DNA of 64,000 nt from Candidatus Falkowbacteria bacterium RIFCSPLOWO2_12_FULL_45_13. GTDB lineage: Bacteria; Patescibacteriota; Patescibacteriia; Patescibacteriales; GWC2-42-12. Numbering within the stretch: the first letter of the stretch is position 1; each line of letters starts with the position of its first letter. The DNA lies in the NCBI GenBank assembly GCA_001778055.1, contig MFFY01000061.1, positions 515 to 64,514 of the forward strand, given 5' to 3'. The notes beneath the pieces were generated by a model. That model worked only from the letters and a program-made list of their open reading frames with translations, was not told the DNA's origin and ran no database searches. Below, in pieces: positions 39,326-52,300 of this stretch. The translations under genes and the position numbers were made by a program.

Positions 39326-40030
39326 TTACTTTTTCTTCTCTGGCGTTTTGGTTTCGCCGCCCGCCTGGTCTTTGGTGTCCTTAGCGGGCGCGCCGGCATC
39401 TTTCCCGGAGCTTAGCGCGCCGGTCTCGCCTTCGACGGGCGCGGCCTCGGCCGGCTTGGGAGCTTCCGTCTCGATCTTGGTCTCGATCACGCCGACCACG
39501 GCTTCATCGGTGGAGCTGCCCAACTCCAAGCCCTGGGGCAAAACTAAATCATGCAGTCTGATAAATTGATTAAAATTATCTAATTTGGAAATATCAACTT
39601 CAATCTGGCTGGCTAAATCTCCGGGCAAGCAGGTAATCTTAACCGTGTCCATGTTTTTCACCAATGTCCCGCCTAAATCTTTAACCGCTTTGGATTCGCC
39701 GACAAAATGCAAAGGAATTTCAGTGGAAATTTTTTTGGCCATGTCCACCCGATAAAAATCAATATGAATAATATTGTTAGTCAGGCCGTCCCGCTCTATA
39801 TCCTTAATGATAACTTTGGCCGCCTTATCCTGACCAATAATCAAATCAATTAAATTAAACTCGCCAGCTATCTGAAAAGCTTTTTCAAAATCATGTTTTT
39901 TTACTTTTACGCTAATATTTGGCGCTTTGGAGCCGTATATCACCGCCGGAATAAAACCGGTCTTTCTAATGGCTTTGGCTTTGCCGTCAACATCGGCTTT
40001 AGGCTGAGCCTGCAATTGGACTTTAGTCAT
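39326..40030 (-). CDS. rplY: 50S ribosomal protein L25/Ctc
   Basis: IPAVIYG, HIDFY, IPLHFVGES.AVKDLGG. Confidence 0.95.
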   Translation of the reverse strand: MTKVQLQAQPKADVDGKAKAIRKTGFIPAVIYGSKAPNISVKVKKHDFEKAFQIAGEFNLIDLIIGQDKAAKVIIKDIERDGLTNNIIHIDFYRVDMAKKISTEIPLHFVGESKAVKDLGGTLVKNMDTVKITCLPGDLASQIEVDISKLDNFNQFIRLHDLVLPQGLELGSSTDEAVVGVIETKIETEAPKPAEAAPVEGETGALSSGKDAGAPAKDTKDQAGGETKTPEKKK

Positions 40031-40183
40031 AAATTTAATGCGAATCCGCGAATAAATGCGAATGCTGCGAATATTATTAGCGGCATTCGCATACTAAATT
40101 CGCGACACTAGCATTATATTGTAAATATTTTTATAAAATTAAATTAATCTTAGCTAAAATTATTAACCGAGCAAGCCTGTACT

Positions 40184-41311
40184 TTAGTAATTTATTTTAG
40201 ATTTTATGATAATATTCTCCATCACGCCCACCAGCATCAGGCTGGAAATCAGGCCGCTGCCGCCATAACTCAAAAAAGGCAGGGAAATGCCGATTACCGG
40301 CAGGATGCCAAGATTCATACCTATATTAATAAACATTTCGGTAAAAATCAAGCTGACCGAGCCTAAAATGAAAAAAATGCCGAAATCATTATTGATTCTT
40401 TTTAAATAATAAAGGGCCCGATAAAAGAATATACCAAAAAATAACAGAACCAGCAAGACTCCGGTAAAACCCAATTCTTCGGCCACCACGGCAAAAATAA
40501 AATCGGTTTGGGCTTCGGGCAAGAACTTCAACTGCGATTGCGAGCCGAAGCCAATGCCGCGTCCTACCCAACGGCCGGCGCCGACGGCGATAATCGCCTG
40601 CGAAATATTATAACCCTGGGCCAAAGCGTTAAATGACGGATTTAAAAAAGTATTGATTCTTTGCTTTTGGTAATCGCGAAAAATAAAATACCAGGAACCG
40701 GCGAAAGTAACCGCAATGGCCAGAAAAATGATAATAAAATATTTTTTATCAAAGCCGACCAGCGCGACCATCGTCAGCCAAAGCAAAAATAAAACAAAGG
40801 CTGAACCGAAATCCGGCTGCGCCAGAACTAGCAAAATAAATATGGCCGCTCCGCCGCCGGAAATTACCAGATGCTTCAGTTCTTTAGCTTTCAACGAAAC
40901 GGAAGAAAAGTATTTAGCTAAAAATAAAATTAATATAAATTTTACAAATTCAACCGGCTGAAGGTTGAGGCCGGCCAGAGCATACCAGGCTTTCGCCCCT
41001 CTGACGGTCTGGCCAAAAATCAAAACTCCAACCAATAAAATCAAGCCAAGCATATAAAAATATTTGCTGTAGCTCCTTAGGCTGTGATAATCAAAGGCGG
41101 CCAATAAAAAAAGCAAAATAATCCCTAAAATAATAAAAACAATTTGTTTTTTAAAATTTAACAGATCCAGTTGGGAGCGGCCGAGCGCCACGCTGTAAAT
41201 TTCCGCCAAACCAAAACAGACCAATAAAACCACCGGCGTAAAAAGAATCCAATCAAAATTTTTTAGATATATTATCAGCCTATTAAACATCGATTTTATA
41301 TCAAATCTCAA
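40184..41311 (-). CDS. rodA: SEDS peptidoglycan glycosyltransferase RodA
   Basis: QPVEFVK, QPDFGS, YQKQRI, LPEAQTDFIF, LPFLSYGGS. Confidence 0.92.
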   Translation of the reverse strand: MRFDIKSMFNRLIIYLKNFDWILFTPVVLLVCFGLAEIYSVALGRSQLDLLNFKKQIVFIILGIILLFLLAAFDYHSLRSYSKYFYMLGLILLVGVLIFGQTVRGAKAWYALAGLNLQPVEFVKFILILFLAKYFSSVSLKAKELKHLVISGGGAAIFILLVLAQPDFGSAFVLFLLWLTMVALVGFDKKYFIIIFLAIAVTFAGSWYFIFRDYQKQRINTFLNPSFNALAQGYNISQAIIAVGAGRWVGRGIGFGSQSQLKFLPEAQTDFIFAVVAEELGFTGVLLVLLFFGIFFYRALYYLKRINNDFGIFFILGSVSLIFTEMFINIGMNLGILPVIGISLPFLSYGGSGLISSLMLVGVMENIIIKSKINY

Positions 41312-41479
41312 AACGCAAATCTCAAATCTATAATTTAAAACTCAAAACTATTATCAAATTTAATGATTTGAACTACAGTTTTGAGTTTTTCCGCCGGAGG
41401 CGGATCCGCCTCCGGCGGAGACATTTGAGTTTTGAGATACTAAAACGAGATATTGAAATAGCTTTTCTATAACACTATA

Positions 41480-42445
41480 TTATTTTTCTTGTCCTATACC
41501 ACCTTCATACTTAATGTAAATATCATCTCTCATGATATCAATCTCCGGAATTATTTCAAATTTGTCAACCCGGCCGATATTCCCCGGCCAGCTTAAGGAA
41601 ATGGGCCTTTCCTCCCCTGACATAAAATCATTCAAAGTATAATAGTTAATGTTGGCCAGATTATCGCCGTTATAAAGCAAGATAGAAAAACCCGCCTCCC
41701 AATAATTAAAAGCCGTATGATTAATTACCTTAAAATCCAGCCGATTTAAATTTAATTTTTCAGACAACTGGCTGGCGTTCGGCGGCGTAAAATTAATCTC
41801 CGCGCTTTCAATGTCTAAATGGCTCCTATAATAGGCATTCCAATCTGGAAATTTATGCCGGTCAATCCTCTGCCATTGGATATTTTCTATGACCAGGCTG
41901 GCGGCGGCCGGCTCGACGGTAAAGTCTCGGGCTAAAGCCATAAGATACTTAGCCTCCATGGGCAGTATAAAGCCGCTGGCATTCGGCAACGCCTGCCCGT
42001 CGGCCATAAAATAATAATCAAACTTCGCCCACCATTTCGGATTAAAATTTCTTAATTGGACGTAAAAATCATATTTCTTATCGGCTGACTTTAGTATGCC
42101 AACCGGAGTCACGGCTAACGGCTTGGCGCCGACCTGCAAAACATAGTCATGGCCAAGGCTGCCGGCTTCAACTAATTGTTTAACCAGCAGCCGATCTTCG
42201 TCCAGACCGCGGACCAGATAATCGGCGAAACCATAAATAGAGTAAGCCAGGGAAACCGCGCCGACCAAAATCAATAAGCCATTTAAAATGTTTCTTAAAA
42301 ACTGTTTATGCTCAACATACCAGAGGCCGGCCTCCAACTGTTTGGTGGTCAGGCCTTCGGGCCCGGCATAATTTTTCACTCTGGCTTCTATAATTTGATC
42401 TTTGGCTGGGCTGTTCTCTTGATTAAGTTGTTGGCTGTTTTCCAT
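41480..42445 (-). CDS. membrane-anchored hypothetical protein
   Basis: One TM segment and a beta-rich extracytoplasmic region. Confidence 0.8.
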   Translation of the reverse strand: MENSQQLNQENSPAKDQIIEARVKNYAGPEGLTTKQLEAGLWYVEHKQFLRNILNGLLILVGAVSLAYSIYGFADYLVRGLDEDRLLVKQLVEAGSLGHDYVLQVGAKPLAVTPVGILKSADKKYDFYVQLRNFNPKWWAKFDYYFMADGQALPNASGFILPMEAKYLMALARDFTVEPAAASLVIENIQWQRIDRHKFPDWNAYYRSHLDIESAEINFTPPNASQLSEKLNLNRLDFKVINHTAFNYWEAGFSILLYNGDNLANINYYTLNDFMSGEERPISLSWPGNIGRVDKFEIIPEIDIMRDDIYIKYEGGIGQEK

Positions 42446-42586
42446 GCTATTATTTTAACATAATTTGCCCCCTTGATAAAGGGGGCCGGGGGCAAAAATA
42501 CGAGCGCCCAGGCAACCCCTTGAATAACTGTTGAGATTTAACCTCCACATGTAGGTTAAATCTCTTATTTTTTTCACCCATCTCCC

Positions 42587-42615
42587 TTGCCGTTTCCGCT
42601 TTTTTTTGCTAAAAT
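42587..42615 (+). promoter_or_regulatory. sigma70-like promoter of gyrB
   Basis: TTGCCG-17 nt-TAAAAT with extended -10 TG. Confidence 0.6.
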
Positions 42616-42737
42616 TTAAGTATAAAAATGAGCTAATTTAGATGTTTTTATTTTAAAATATTTAGGCTAAAATTAAATAAAAAAATACACAAATTATACA
42701 CGCCAATCAATTCGTCGTATTCGCACATAATTTGTAG

Positions 42738-44804
<2,067 letters not shown>

Positions 44805-44850
44805 AAACACAAATTAAACACCAATAAAATATCGAAAATTAACACAAATT

Positions 44851-44882
44851 ATGAAGGCGAGGAAACGTTTCCTCGCCTTCAT
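44851..44882. terminator. bidirectional terminator between gyrB and thrS
   Basis: Perfect palindrome ATGAAGGCGAGGAAACGTTTCCTCGCCTTCAT followed by T-rich tract. Confidence 0.75.
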
Positions 44883-44898
44883 TTTGTTTTCTTGTTTT

Positions 44899-46677
44899 TT
44901 ACATTCTATTTTTTATCTTTTTATTCACCTCTTTAATAAACTCCTGTTTGCCAATCTCGCGCGTGGTCTTCTCTCCCCTGTCCCGCACCGTCAATTTTAG
45001 AGACGCCATTTCCCGGTCACCCACCACCAGCATATACGGCACTTTCTCGCCTACGGCCTTTCTGATTTTATTGCCCACGGTTTCGTCCGAGTCGTCCGCT
45101 TCCGCTCTGACGCCGTTTTCCCTAAATTCAGCCGCCAATTTTTGGCAGAATTCCCCGTGAGCTTGGCCCACTGACGCTATTTTTACCTGCGTCGGCGAAA
45201 GCCAAACCGGAAAAGCGCCGGCGTAATGCTCGATTAAAAAAGCCATGGTTCTTTCGAAACAACCGATAGAGGAACGATGGATAACAATCGGCTCGTTTTC
45301 TTTGCCGTCTCTATCAATATATTTCATGGCAAATCTTTTGGGCATGACAAAGTCGTATTGGACGGTAAAAGCAGTCTCCTCCTGGCCGTTGATCTTCTTC
45401 ATCTGCACGTCAATCTTCGGCCCGTAAAAAGCGGCCTCGCCCTTGGCCTCAAAATAAGGCACGCCGATTTTTTCCAGAGTTTTTCTCAAAATACCTTCAG
45501 CTTTATCCCAGGCCGCGTCATCTTTATAAAACTTTTTATTATCGCCTCTGTCTCCCAAGGACAACCGATAGCGATAATCCTTGCCCTTGGCTAAACCAAA
45601 GATATTATAAGAGTAGTCTATTAAATCCAAAACATTCTTTATTTCATCCTCGGCCTGTTCTTTGGCGCAAATGATATGAGCGTCCGCCAGGCAGAACATT
45701 CTGACTCGCGTCAACCCCGACAGTTCTCCGCTTTTTTCATACCTGTATTGGTGCGCGATTTCGGCTAGTCTTAGCGGCAACTCTTTGTAGCTTCTGGGTC
45801 TGGAATTATAAAGCTCAAAATGATGCGGGCAGGTCATGGGCCGTAAAATCAATTCTTCTTCGTCAACTTTCATCATCGGATACATGGTGTCTTTATAATA
45901 CGGGTAATGGCCGGACTTTTTATATAGCTCCACCCTGGCCAAATTAGGAGTAACTACATGCTGATAGCCTCTTTTAGTCTCTTCTTCCAAAACAAATTTT
46001 TCCAGCTCCTTCCTGATGACCGTACCCTTTGGAGTAAGCAGGGGTAAGCCCTTGCCCACAATTTCAGAAAAGACGAATAAATCCAGCTCTTTGCCCAATT
46101 TTCGATGGTCCCGCTTCTCCGCTTCGGCCATCATCTTCAGGTGGTTTTCCAGCTCTTGCTTAGTGGCAAAGGCCAATCCATAAATCCGGGTCAGCATTTT
46201 ATTTTTTTCGCTCCCGCGCCAGTAAGCGCCGGCCAGTTTCGTCAACATAAAAGCTTCCGGATTTATCTCTTTAGTGGATTCAACGTGAGGTCCGGCGCAA
46301 AGATTATCAAAATTTTCCGACTTATAAAAACTGACGTTTTTCTCTCCGGCCGCCTTCAAATCTTTAATCAGCTCGGTTTTATATGGGTCGTGCTTGTATT
46401 GCTTAAGCGCCTGGGCAAAGCTCATCTGATGCTGCTTGAATTCTATGTTTTCACCAATCATTTCTCTCATGCGTTTTTCCAATTTGGGCAAGATGTCCGG
46501 ATTTAAGGCTTCGGGCAGATCATAATCCTGATAAAAGCCGTTTTCAATTACCGGCCCCACGCCCAGTCCGACCCGGGGATACAATTCACTAATTGCCATG
46601 CTCATCAGATGAGACAAGGAATGGCGAATTTTTTCCAACTTGCCTGCCGAAGCGGGCTTTTCATTTTTGTCTGACAT
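44899..46677 (-). CDS. thrS: Threonine--tRNA ligase
   Basis: RHSLSH, CAGPH, RDHRKLG, PMTCPHH, YRYEKSG, AAFYGPK, IHRS. Confidence 0.98.
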   Translation of the reverse strand: MSDKNEKPASAGKLEKIRHSLSHLMSMAISELYPRVGLGVGPVIENGFYQDYDLPEALNPDILPKLEKRMREMIGENIEFKQHQMSFAQALKQYKHDPYKTELIKDLKAAGEKNVSFYKSENFDNLCAGPHVESTKEINPEAFMLTKLAGAYWRGSEKNKMLTRIYGLAFATKQELENHLKMMAEAEKRDHRKLGKELDLFVFSEIVGKGLPLLTPKGTVIRKELEKFVLEEETKRGYQHVVTPNLARVELYKKSGHYPYYKDTMYPMMKVDEEELILRPMTCPHHFELYNSRPRSYKELPLRLAEIAHQYRYEKSGELSGLTRVRMFCLADAHIICAKEQAEDEIKNVLDLIDYSYNIFGLAKGKDYRYRLSLGDRGDNKKFYKDDAAWDKAEGILRKTLEKIGVPYFEAKGEAAFYGPKIDVQMKKINGQEETAFTVQYDFVMPKRFAMKYIDRDGKENEPIVIHRSSIGCFERTMAFLIEHYAGAFPVWLSPTQVKIASVGQAHGEFCQKLAAEFRENGVRAEADDSDETVGNKIRKAVGEKVPYMLVVGDREMASLKLTVRDRGEKTTREIGKQEFIKEVNKKIKNRM

Positions 46678-47227
46678 ATTTTTTATTTAGTTTATTATAA
46701 TCATCCTTGGTTATGCCCATTATTATCTCGTCAACAAATTTACCATTTTTTCTTACCGACTGTTTTTTTATACCCTCAATTTTAAAACCGCACTTTTTGT
46801 AGCATCTTATGCCTCTGGGATTGAACTTAAAAACGCCCAATTCAACTCTATTCAATTTAAGCTTGCCAAAACAATATTTTAAAACTGTTTTTAAAACATC
46901 TGTCCCCAAGCCTTGACCCCAGTAACTTTTTTCGCCGATCATTACGCCCCAACTAGCTTTCAAATTTTTCTTTCTGTCAATTTCATGTAAGCCCGTATTA
47001 CCTATATGCGCGCCAGTCTTAGTATAAATTGCCCATCTAAGGTTGGTCTTGTTTCTATTGGATTTTTTTATAAACTCTTTTTCCCTCTTTAAATTTAAAC
47101 TGCTAAAATCGTTGCTTAAAAATTTTGTTACCTCGGAATCCTTAAGCCAGCGCATATAATTTTCCGCCTGTCTGATTACCAGCGGTTTTAAAATTATTTT
47201 TTTGCCTTTTAATGTTGGCCCCTTCAT
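46661..47227 (-). CDS. GNAT acetyltransferase, RimJ/RimL type
   Basis: YWGQGLGT, N.RGIRCYKKCGF..EG. Confidence 0.92.
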   Translation of the reverse strand: MKGPTLKGKKIILKPLVIRQAENYMRWLKDSEVTKFLSNDFSSLNLKREKEFIKKSNRNKTNLRWAIYTKTGAHIGNTGLHEIDRKKNLKASWGVMIGEKSYWGQGLGTDVLKTVLKYCFGKLKLNRVELGVFKFNPRGIRCYKKCGFKIEGIKKQSVRKNGKFVDEIIMGITKDDYNKLNKKYVRQK

Positions 47228-47231
47228 ATGT

Positions 47232-47403
47232 TAAAAAGGCTCGTCCCGAACACCTAAAAAAATAAATGTTCGGGACGAGCCTTTAATAGGTCCGTGGTTC
47301 CACCCGATTTCCCCCATTTTTGGGAGCGCTCTTCAGTCTGGCTTAGTCCCACGACGGGATCCCGCTATTTGCGGGACTATACTTGGTAATATAGCAATCG
47401 CCT
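47232..47403 (-). promoter_or_regulatory. T-box riboswitch (transcriptional) ahead of GNAT-thrS
   Basis: AATCGGGTGGAACCACG T-box, then terminator AGGCTCGTCCCGAACA..TGTTCGGGACGAGCCT-TTTT; ACC codon in an upstream hairpin loop. Confidence 0.82.
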
Positions 47404-47410
47404 TTAGAAT

Positions 47411-47830
47411 TTACTTTAACAAATTTATTAATATCTCCAATTCTTGTGGATTGGCAATTTTCTCTCTCTTGAATATATTGATCACTTTCATCTTCCAATT
47501 CTTATCGCGTTCCTGATCGCCTTTCATGTAAGAAATTATGTCTCCTTTATTTTCAGCGAGCTTAACGTCAATATAATTTTTCATCTCATGGCGATGTCTG
47601 CCGATTTCACCGCTTACTATTCTGCTGACCGCCGGCAGAATAACTTCCTCGGCAAACTTACCTAATTTAACATCAAGAGATTTATCAATCTCCCCAAATT
47701 TTTTATCAAAAAATAGATTAACTTCGCCAAATTTTTTATCAAATTTAGCGTCAAAAGATTTATCTAATTTATTATATAAATTATCTAAATCAACTCTGGT
47801 TATCGGTTTGTTTTTATCTTTTTTTATCAT
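47411..47830 (-). CDS. hypothetical coiled-coil protein with FDKKFGE repeats
   Basis: ATG at 47830; short internal repeats. Confidence 0.7.
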   Translation of the reverse strand: MIKKDKNKPITRVDLDNLYNKLDKSFDAKFDKKFGEVNLFFDKKFGEIDKSLDVKLGKFAEEVILPAVSRIVSGEIGRHRHEMKNYIDVKLAENKGDIISYMKGDQERDKNWKMKVINIFKREKIANPQELEILINLLK

Positions 47831-47893
47831 GGTTTTATTATATTTTAACCAAACAAAAATGTCAATCTGCGCGGACAATCAGCGAATCGCCCC

Positions 47894-49228
47894 CTACTTC
47901 TTTATCACCACCTCAATCCGGTCAACCAGGTTCGGCATCTTTTTCAAAAAGGCGGGGAAAAACTTTACTTCATAACCCGCCACTTCAGGCAGACTATTTA
48001 AATAGGCTTTTAGCTGCTCATTATTCAAACCAGCCAAATTATTTTTCTTGATTATTTTCGCGTTGTCTTTAAGCGTCACTTTAGCGACAAAATCAACGTC
48101 AACCGTGGCCGTGCCTTGGCTTAAATTTATGCCGCCTAAATGATACGCTGTATCCGCGCGTCTTAATTCAACAATTTCTTTGTCATCAGCCAAGGCATTA
48201 ATTAGCTTGGCCCGGACCTGACTATAAATATCATTATCCTTAAAAGCCGCTACTGTAATCTTGGTTTTTATTTTAATGGTAAATTTATCTTTTTCCTCTC
48301 CGACCTTGCCTTGCACTTCCTGGCTAATCGAATTGTTGTCAACTTCAATAATCGACTGTTCATATTCCTGATAAGCTTGGCTAATTTCTTTTTTAGCGTT
48401 GGTTAATAAACTTAACTTTAAACCGCTAACAGCCTTATCAATATCGCTTTGCGTGATTATATATTTAACCTTTTCCTGATAGGCCATTGGCGACTGACTC
48501 TGAGCGTAAATTTTATCTTGTAACCCGGCCCAAAGTCCGGGAATGGTAAATTTGCTCGGACCGATGGCCATATCAGGCTTGGCTTCATCAGCGTAAACTT
48601 CGGCCACTACCCGGCCCCCGGCCGGCACATTAACGGTATTTTTTAATCTAAACAATTTATTGTCCTGCGACAGTAGCCTAGTGGTGGCCACTAGGGGCTG
48701 ATTCTTCAGATAATCATTTATAATCGTCACCTGGCCCGTAACTTCTTCGCCCAAAATTTTTTTGCCGGTAGCGGTGAAGGTTTGCGATTGCTCCAGCGGC
48801 ACCTGCCTGACGATGCCCAGAATTTCTCCTTGAGCCATGCCGGCCGTACTATCCATATCAACTATGGTGACGTTTAAACTATCAGTAACTTTCTCTTGAG
48901 TCGGAATAATAATCAAAGTCGCCTTGGCAAAGCCTAAATATAACACGGCTAAAACCAAAATAACGGTTAAGGCGATGAAACTGCCGGCAATCTTAAAATA
49001 AATATTTTTCGCCTCGCTCTTTTTCGCGGCCGTTAAATTTTCTTTAATTTTATATCCAGCTCTTGGCATCGACTGAATAGTATTAAAATTTTCATTTATT
49101 TTAAAAGGCGGTTTGTCCGCTTTTCTGACGCCGATGGCGACTCCTGCTTTGGTTGATTTTCTAGATGTTCTTTGCTTGGATTTTTTTACGGCTGCTTGTG
49201 GCGGAACTAAAAAATTTGTTTCTGGCAT
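47894..49228 (-). CDS. membrane-anchored protein, weakly baseplate-J-like
   Basis: Basic N-terminus, TM, then G.VTI.N..QPLVATTRL and FTIPGL segments. Confidence 0.65.
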   Translation of the reverse strand: MPETNFLVPPQAAVKKSKQRTSRKSTKAGVAIGVRKADKPPFKINENFNTIQSMPRAGYKIKENLTAAKKSEAKNIYFKIAGSFIALTVILVLAVLYLGFAKATLIIIPTQEKVTDSLNVTIVDMDSTAGMAQGEILGIVRQVPLEQSQTFTATGKKILGEEVTGQVTIINDYLKNQPLVATTRLLSQDNKLFRLKNTVNVPAGGRVVAEVYADEAKPDMAIGPSKFTIPGLWAGLQDKIYAQSQSPMAYQEKVKYIITQSDIDKAVSGLKLSLLTNAKKEISQAYQEYEQSIIEVDNNSISQEVQGKVGEEKDKFTIKIKTKITVAAFKDNDIYSQVRAKLINALADDKEIVELRRADTAYHLGGINLSQGTATVDVDFVAKVTLKDNAKIIKKNNLAGLNNEQLKAYLNSLPEVAGYEVKFFPAFLKKMPNLVDRIEVVIKK

Positions 49229-49390
49229 ATAAATTTCGCGCAACCTGCCTGCCGATAGGCAGGCTCATAACTCGTAGCTCGCAACTCTTTTACCTAATAT
49301 TTTGAGTTATGAGCTATGGGTTATGGGTTATGAGTTACGAGTTGTGAGTTATGAGATTAATATTATTTTACCAGCTTTCAGCCATTCTGT

Positions 49391-52300
49391 CTAATCTAAA
49401 ATCTTGTTTATTGCTTCAACCATATCCCGGCTGTAATTTACCTTAAAATCGGTTTTCACCAGGTTAGTCTTAGCGCCGGAAATTAATTTAAAAAAGACTT
49501 TTTTGTCGCCGCTATTTTTTATTAAAATTTGCTTTAATTTAGCTAATATTAACTCATTGATGTTGCCATTTAAAGTTATGAAGAGCTTGTCATTTTTAAG
49601 AACTAGGTTCTTGGCGGCCGGTAAGGCGCCAGCCCACGCCGGCTGGCTGGCTGACGAAACGGCTTGGAGCGAGGGATAGCCGTAAGACACGGCGCCATTA
49701 GACGCCTTGGGGTAAAATCTTTTTATTCCACCATTGCTTTTATTATTACCGCTGGCCGTAAATTTATTTATGGCCTCGGCCGCGGTTTCGGAGGTTAGCT
49801 CCATGACTTTATTACAAAGCAATTTCAACTCCTGATCTTTGTCCGATAATTTTCCCTGGCAAAGCACGACTTTGCCTTCCTGCCAAATTAAATTGTTTTC
49901 TTTAAGAAGGCTGGGGAAAACTAAAATTTCCAGGCTGCCGGTCATATCTTCAATCTTGACAAACAGCATGGGTTCGGCAGAGCGGGTGATGATCTTCTTT
50001 ATTTTAGTTATCACTCCGCCCAAGCTAACCTGATAATCAGACTGATGCTCGGCTAAAGCGGCTACGGGCAGCACGGCTGAATTCAGTATTTTTTTGCAGC
50101 CGGAAAAGGGATGATCGCTGATATAGAGCCCGAGCAATTCTTTTTCCCAGGCTAATTTTTCCCGCGCCGTGGCCGCCGGCGCCGGTCCTAACTTAATCCG
50201 GCGGTTAAAATTTATGCTGGGAGCGTCCATAAATAAACTGGCCTGGCAATTGGATTTTGATTTGGCGATGTCGCGGTTAAATCCCAAAATATTTTCCATA
50301 TTGCCCAAGAGCTGACCGCGTTCGCCGAAATTATCCAAGCTACCGCTTTTGACCAGGCTCTCCAGCGATTTTTTATTTAAATCTTTATCGCAGACTCTTT
50401 CCAATAAGTCAGTGATATCTTTATACGGGCCATGCTGTTTGCGCTCCTTGATGATCTCCTCGGCAATATGGCCGCCGATATTTTTTATGGCTTTAAGCCC
50501 GAAACGGATTGTTTTGGACTCTTCATTCTGGCCAACCGCCTGATTTCTCTCCGTGCCGCTGGTTACCACGGTAAAGGATTCGTATGATTGATTAATGTCC
50601 GGCGCCATCACTTTTATGCCCATGTGGCGGCATTCCTCAATTTCAATGGCAATGCGGTCGATATTCTCCTGATCGGCGGTCAAAAGCGCGGCCATGAATT
50701 CTGCCGGCCAGCGCGCTTTTAAATAGGCGGTTTGATAACCGATCAAAGCGTAGCAGGCGGCATGGCTCCTATTAAAGCCGTAGCCGGCGAATGGCTCGAT
50801 AAAGGAAAAGATGTTTTCCGCTTGCTGGCTGGAGATGCCGTTTTTAACGCAGCCGTCGATAAACTTTTCTTTTTGTTCAGCCAGCAATTTCACTATTTTT
50901 TTGCCCATGGCTTTTCTTAAAACATCGGCTTCGGCCATGGTAAAGCCGGCCAAATCCCTGGCCATCCGCATCACCTGCTCCTGATAAATGGCCACGCCAT
51001 AGGTTTTTTTTAGGATCGGCTCCAGCTTGGCGTGAAGTAGCCGCGGTTTTTTTAGGGCCTTCTTGCCGTTGATATAATCGGGAATCCATTCCATCGGCCC
51101 GGGGCGATAGAGCGCTACCATGGCGATGATATCTTCAAACTCAGTGGGTTTAAGCTCGCGCAAATACCTTTTCATGCCGCTGGATTCAAATTGAAAGACG
51201 CCGGTGGTTTCTCCGGCCTGGAATAGTTTATAGGTCAAAGCGTCATTTTGCGGAATTTTATCTATATCAATCGCCAGGTCGCGGGTATTTTTAATAATCT
51301 TAATGGCCGACTCGATAATGGTCAGATTTTTTAAACCCAGAAAATCCATTTTTAAAAGACCCAAATCTTCCACCGGGTGCAAAGAATATTGCGAGATCAC
51401 GCTGCGATCAGAAGAGGAGGCGTATTGCAAAGGCAGATATTCGGTTAAAGGATCCTTGGTGATGACTACGCCGCAGGCGTGGGTGGAGGCGTGCCGCGCC
51501 ACGCCCTCCAGCCGCCGGGCGTAATCAATGATCCGCCGGGCCGATTCATCGTTTCTGTAAAGCTCTTTTAATTCGCCGACTTCCTCGACCGCTTGCTTGA
51601 TTTTAGAAAACATCGGGATCATCTTAGCCAGTTTATCGCAAAATTCGTAAGGATAATTAAGCGCCCGGCCGACGTCGCGGATGGCGGCCCGGGCGGCCAT
51701 GGTGCCGAAAGTGATAATTTGCGCCACATGGTCTTTGCCATATTTCTCTTCCACGTAACGGAGCACTTCATCGCGCCTGGCGTCGGCAAAATCCATGTCA
51801 ATATCCGGCATGGAAATCCGGTCGGGATTTAAAAACCTCTCAAACAGCAAATCGTACTTAAGCGGGTCAATATTAGTGATATTCAATAAATACGAAACCA
51901 GCGAACCGGCGGCCGAACCGCGGCCCGGTCCGACCACGATGTTATTTGATTTGGCCCAGTTGACGAAATCCGCCACAATTAAAAAATAAGACGGCCAGCC
52001 CATTTTTTTAATGACGGTCAGTTCGTAATCCATTCTGGCTTTAATTGTCGGGTCAATTTGCTCATAATTTTTGCCGTAACGAATCATTAAGCCCTGATGG
52101 CATAAATTATCCAGATAAGCTTCAATCTCCTGCCCGCCCGGCGTGAGGAAAAACGGCAACTGAATTTTTCCCAGCTCTAATTCCAGATTGCATAAAGCGG
52201 CGATTTTTTCCGTGTTCAAGATGGCTTCGGGCGTCTCCTTAAAAGCTTCGATCATCTCTTTGGTCGGCCGGAAAGAATAATCGCCTCCCAGCATCATCAT

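Noticed and set aside
47894-49228. Prophage suggested by a baseplate-J-like gene
   Set aside because: A single membrane-anchored gene among housekeeping genes, with no other phage genes
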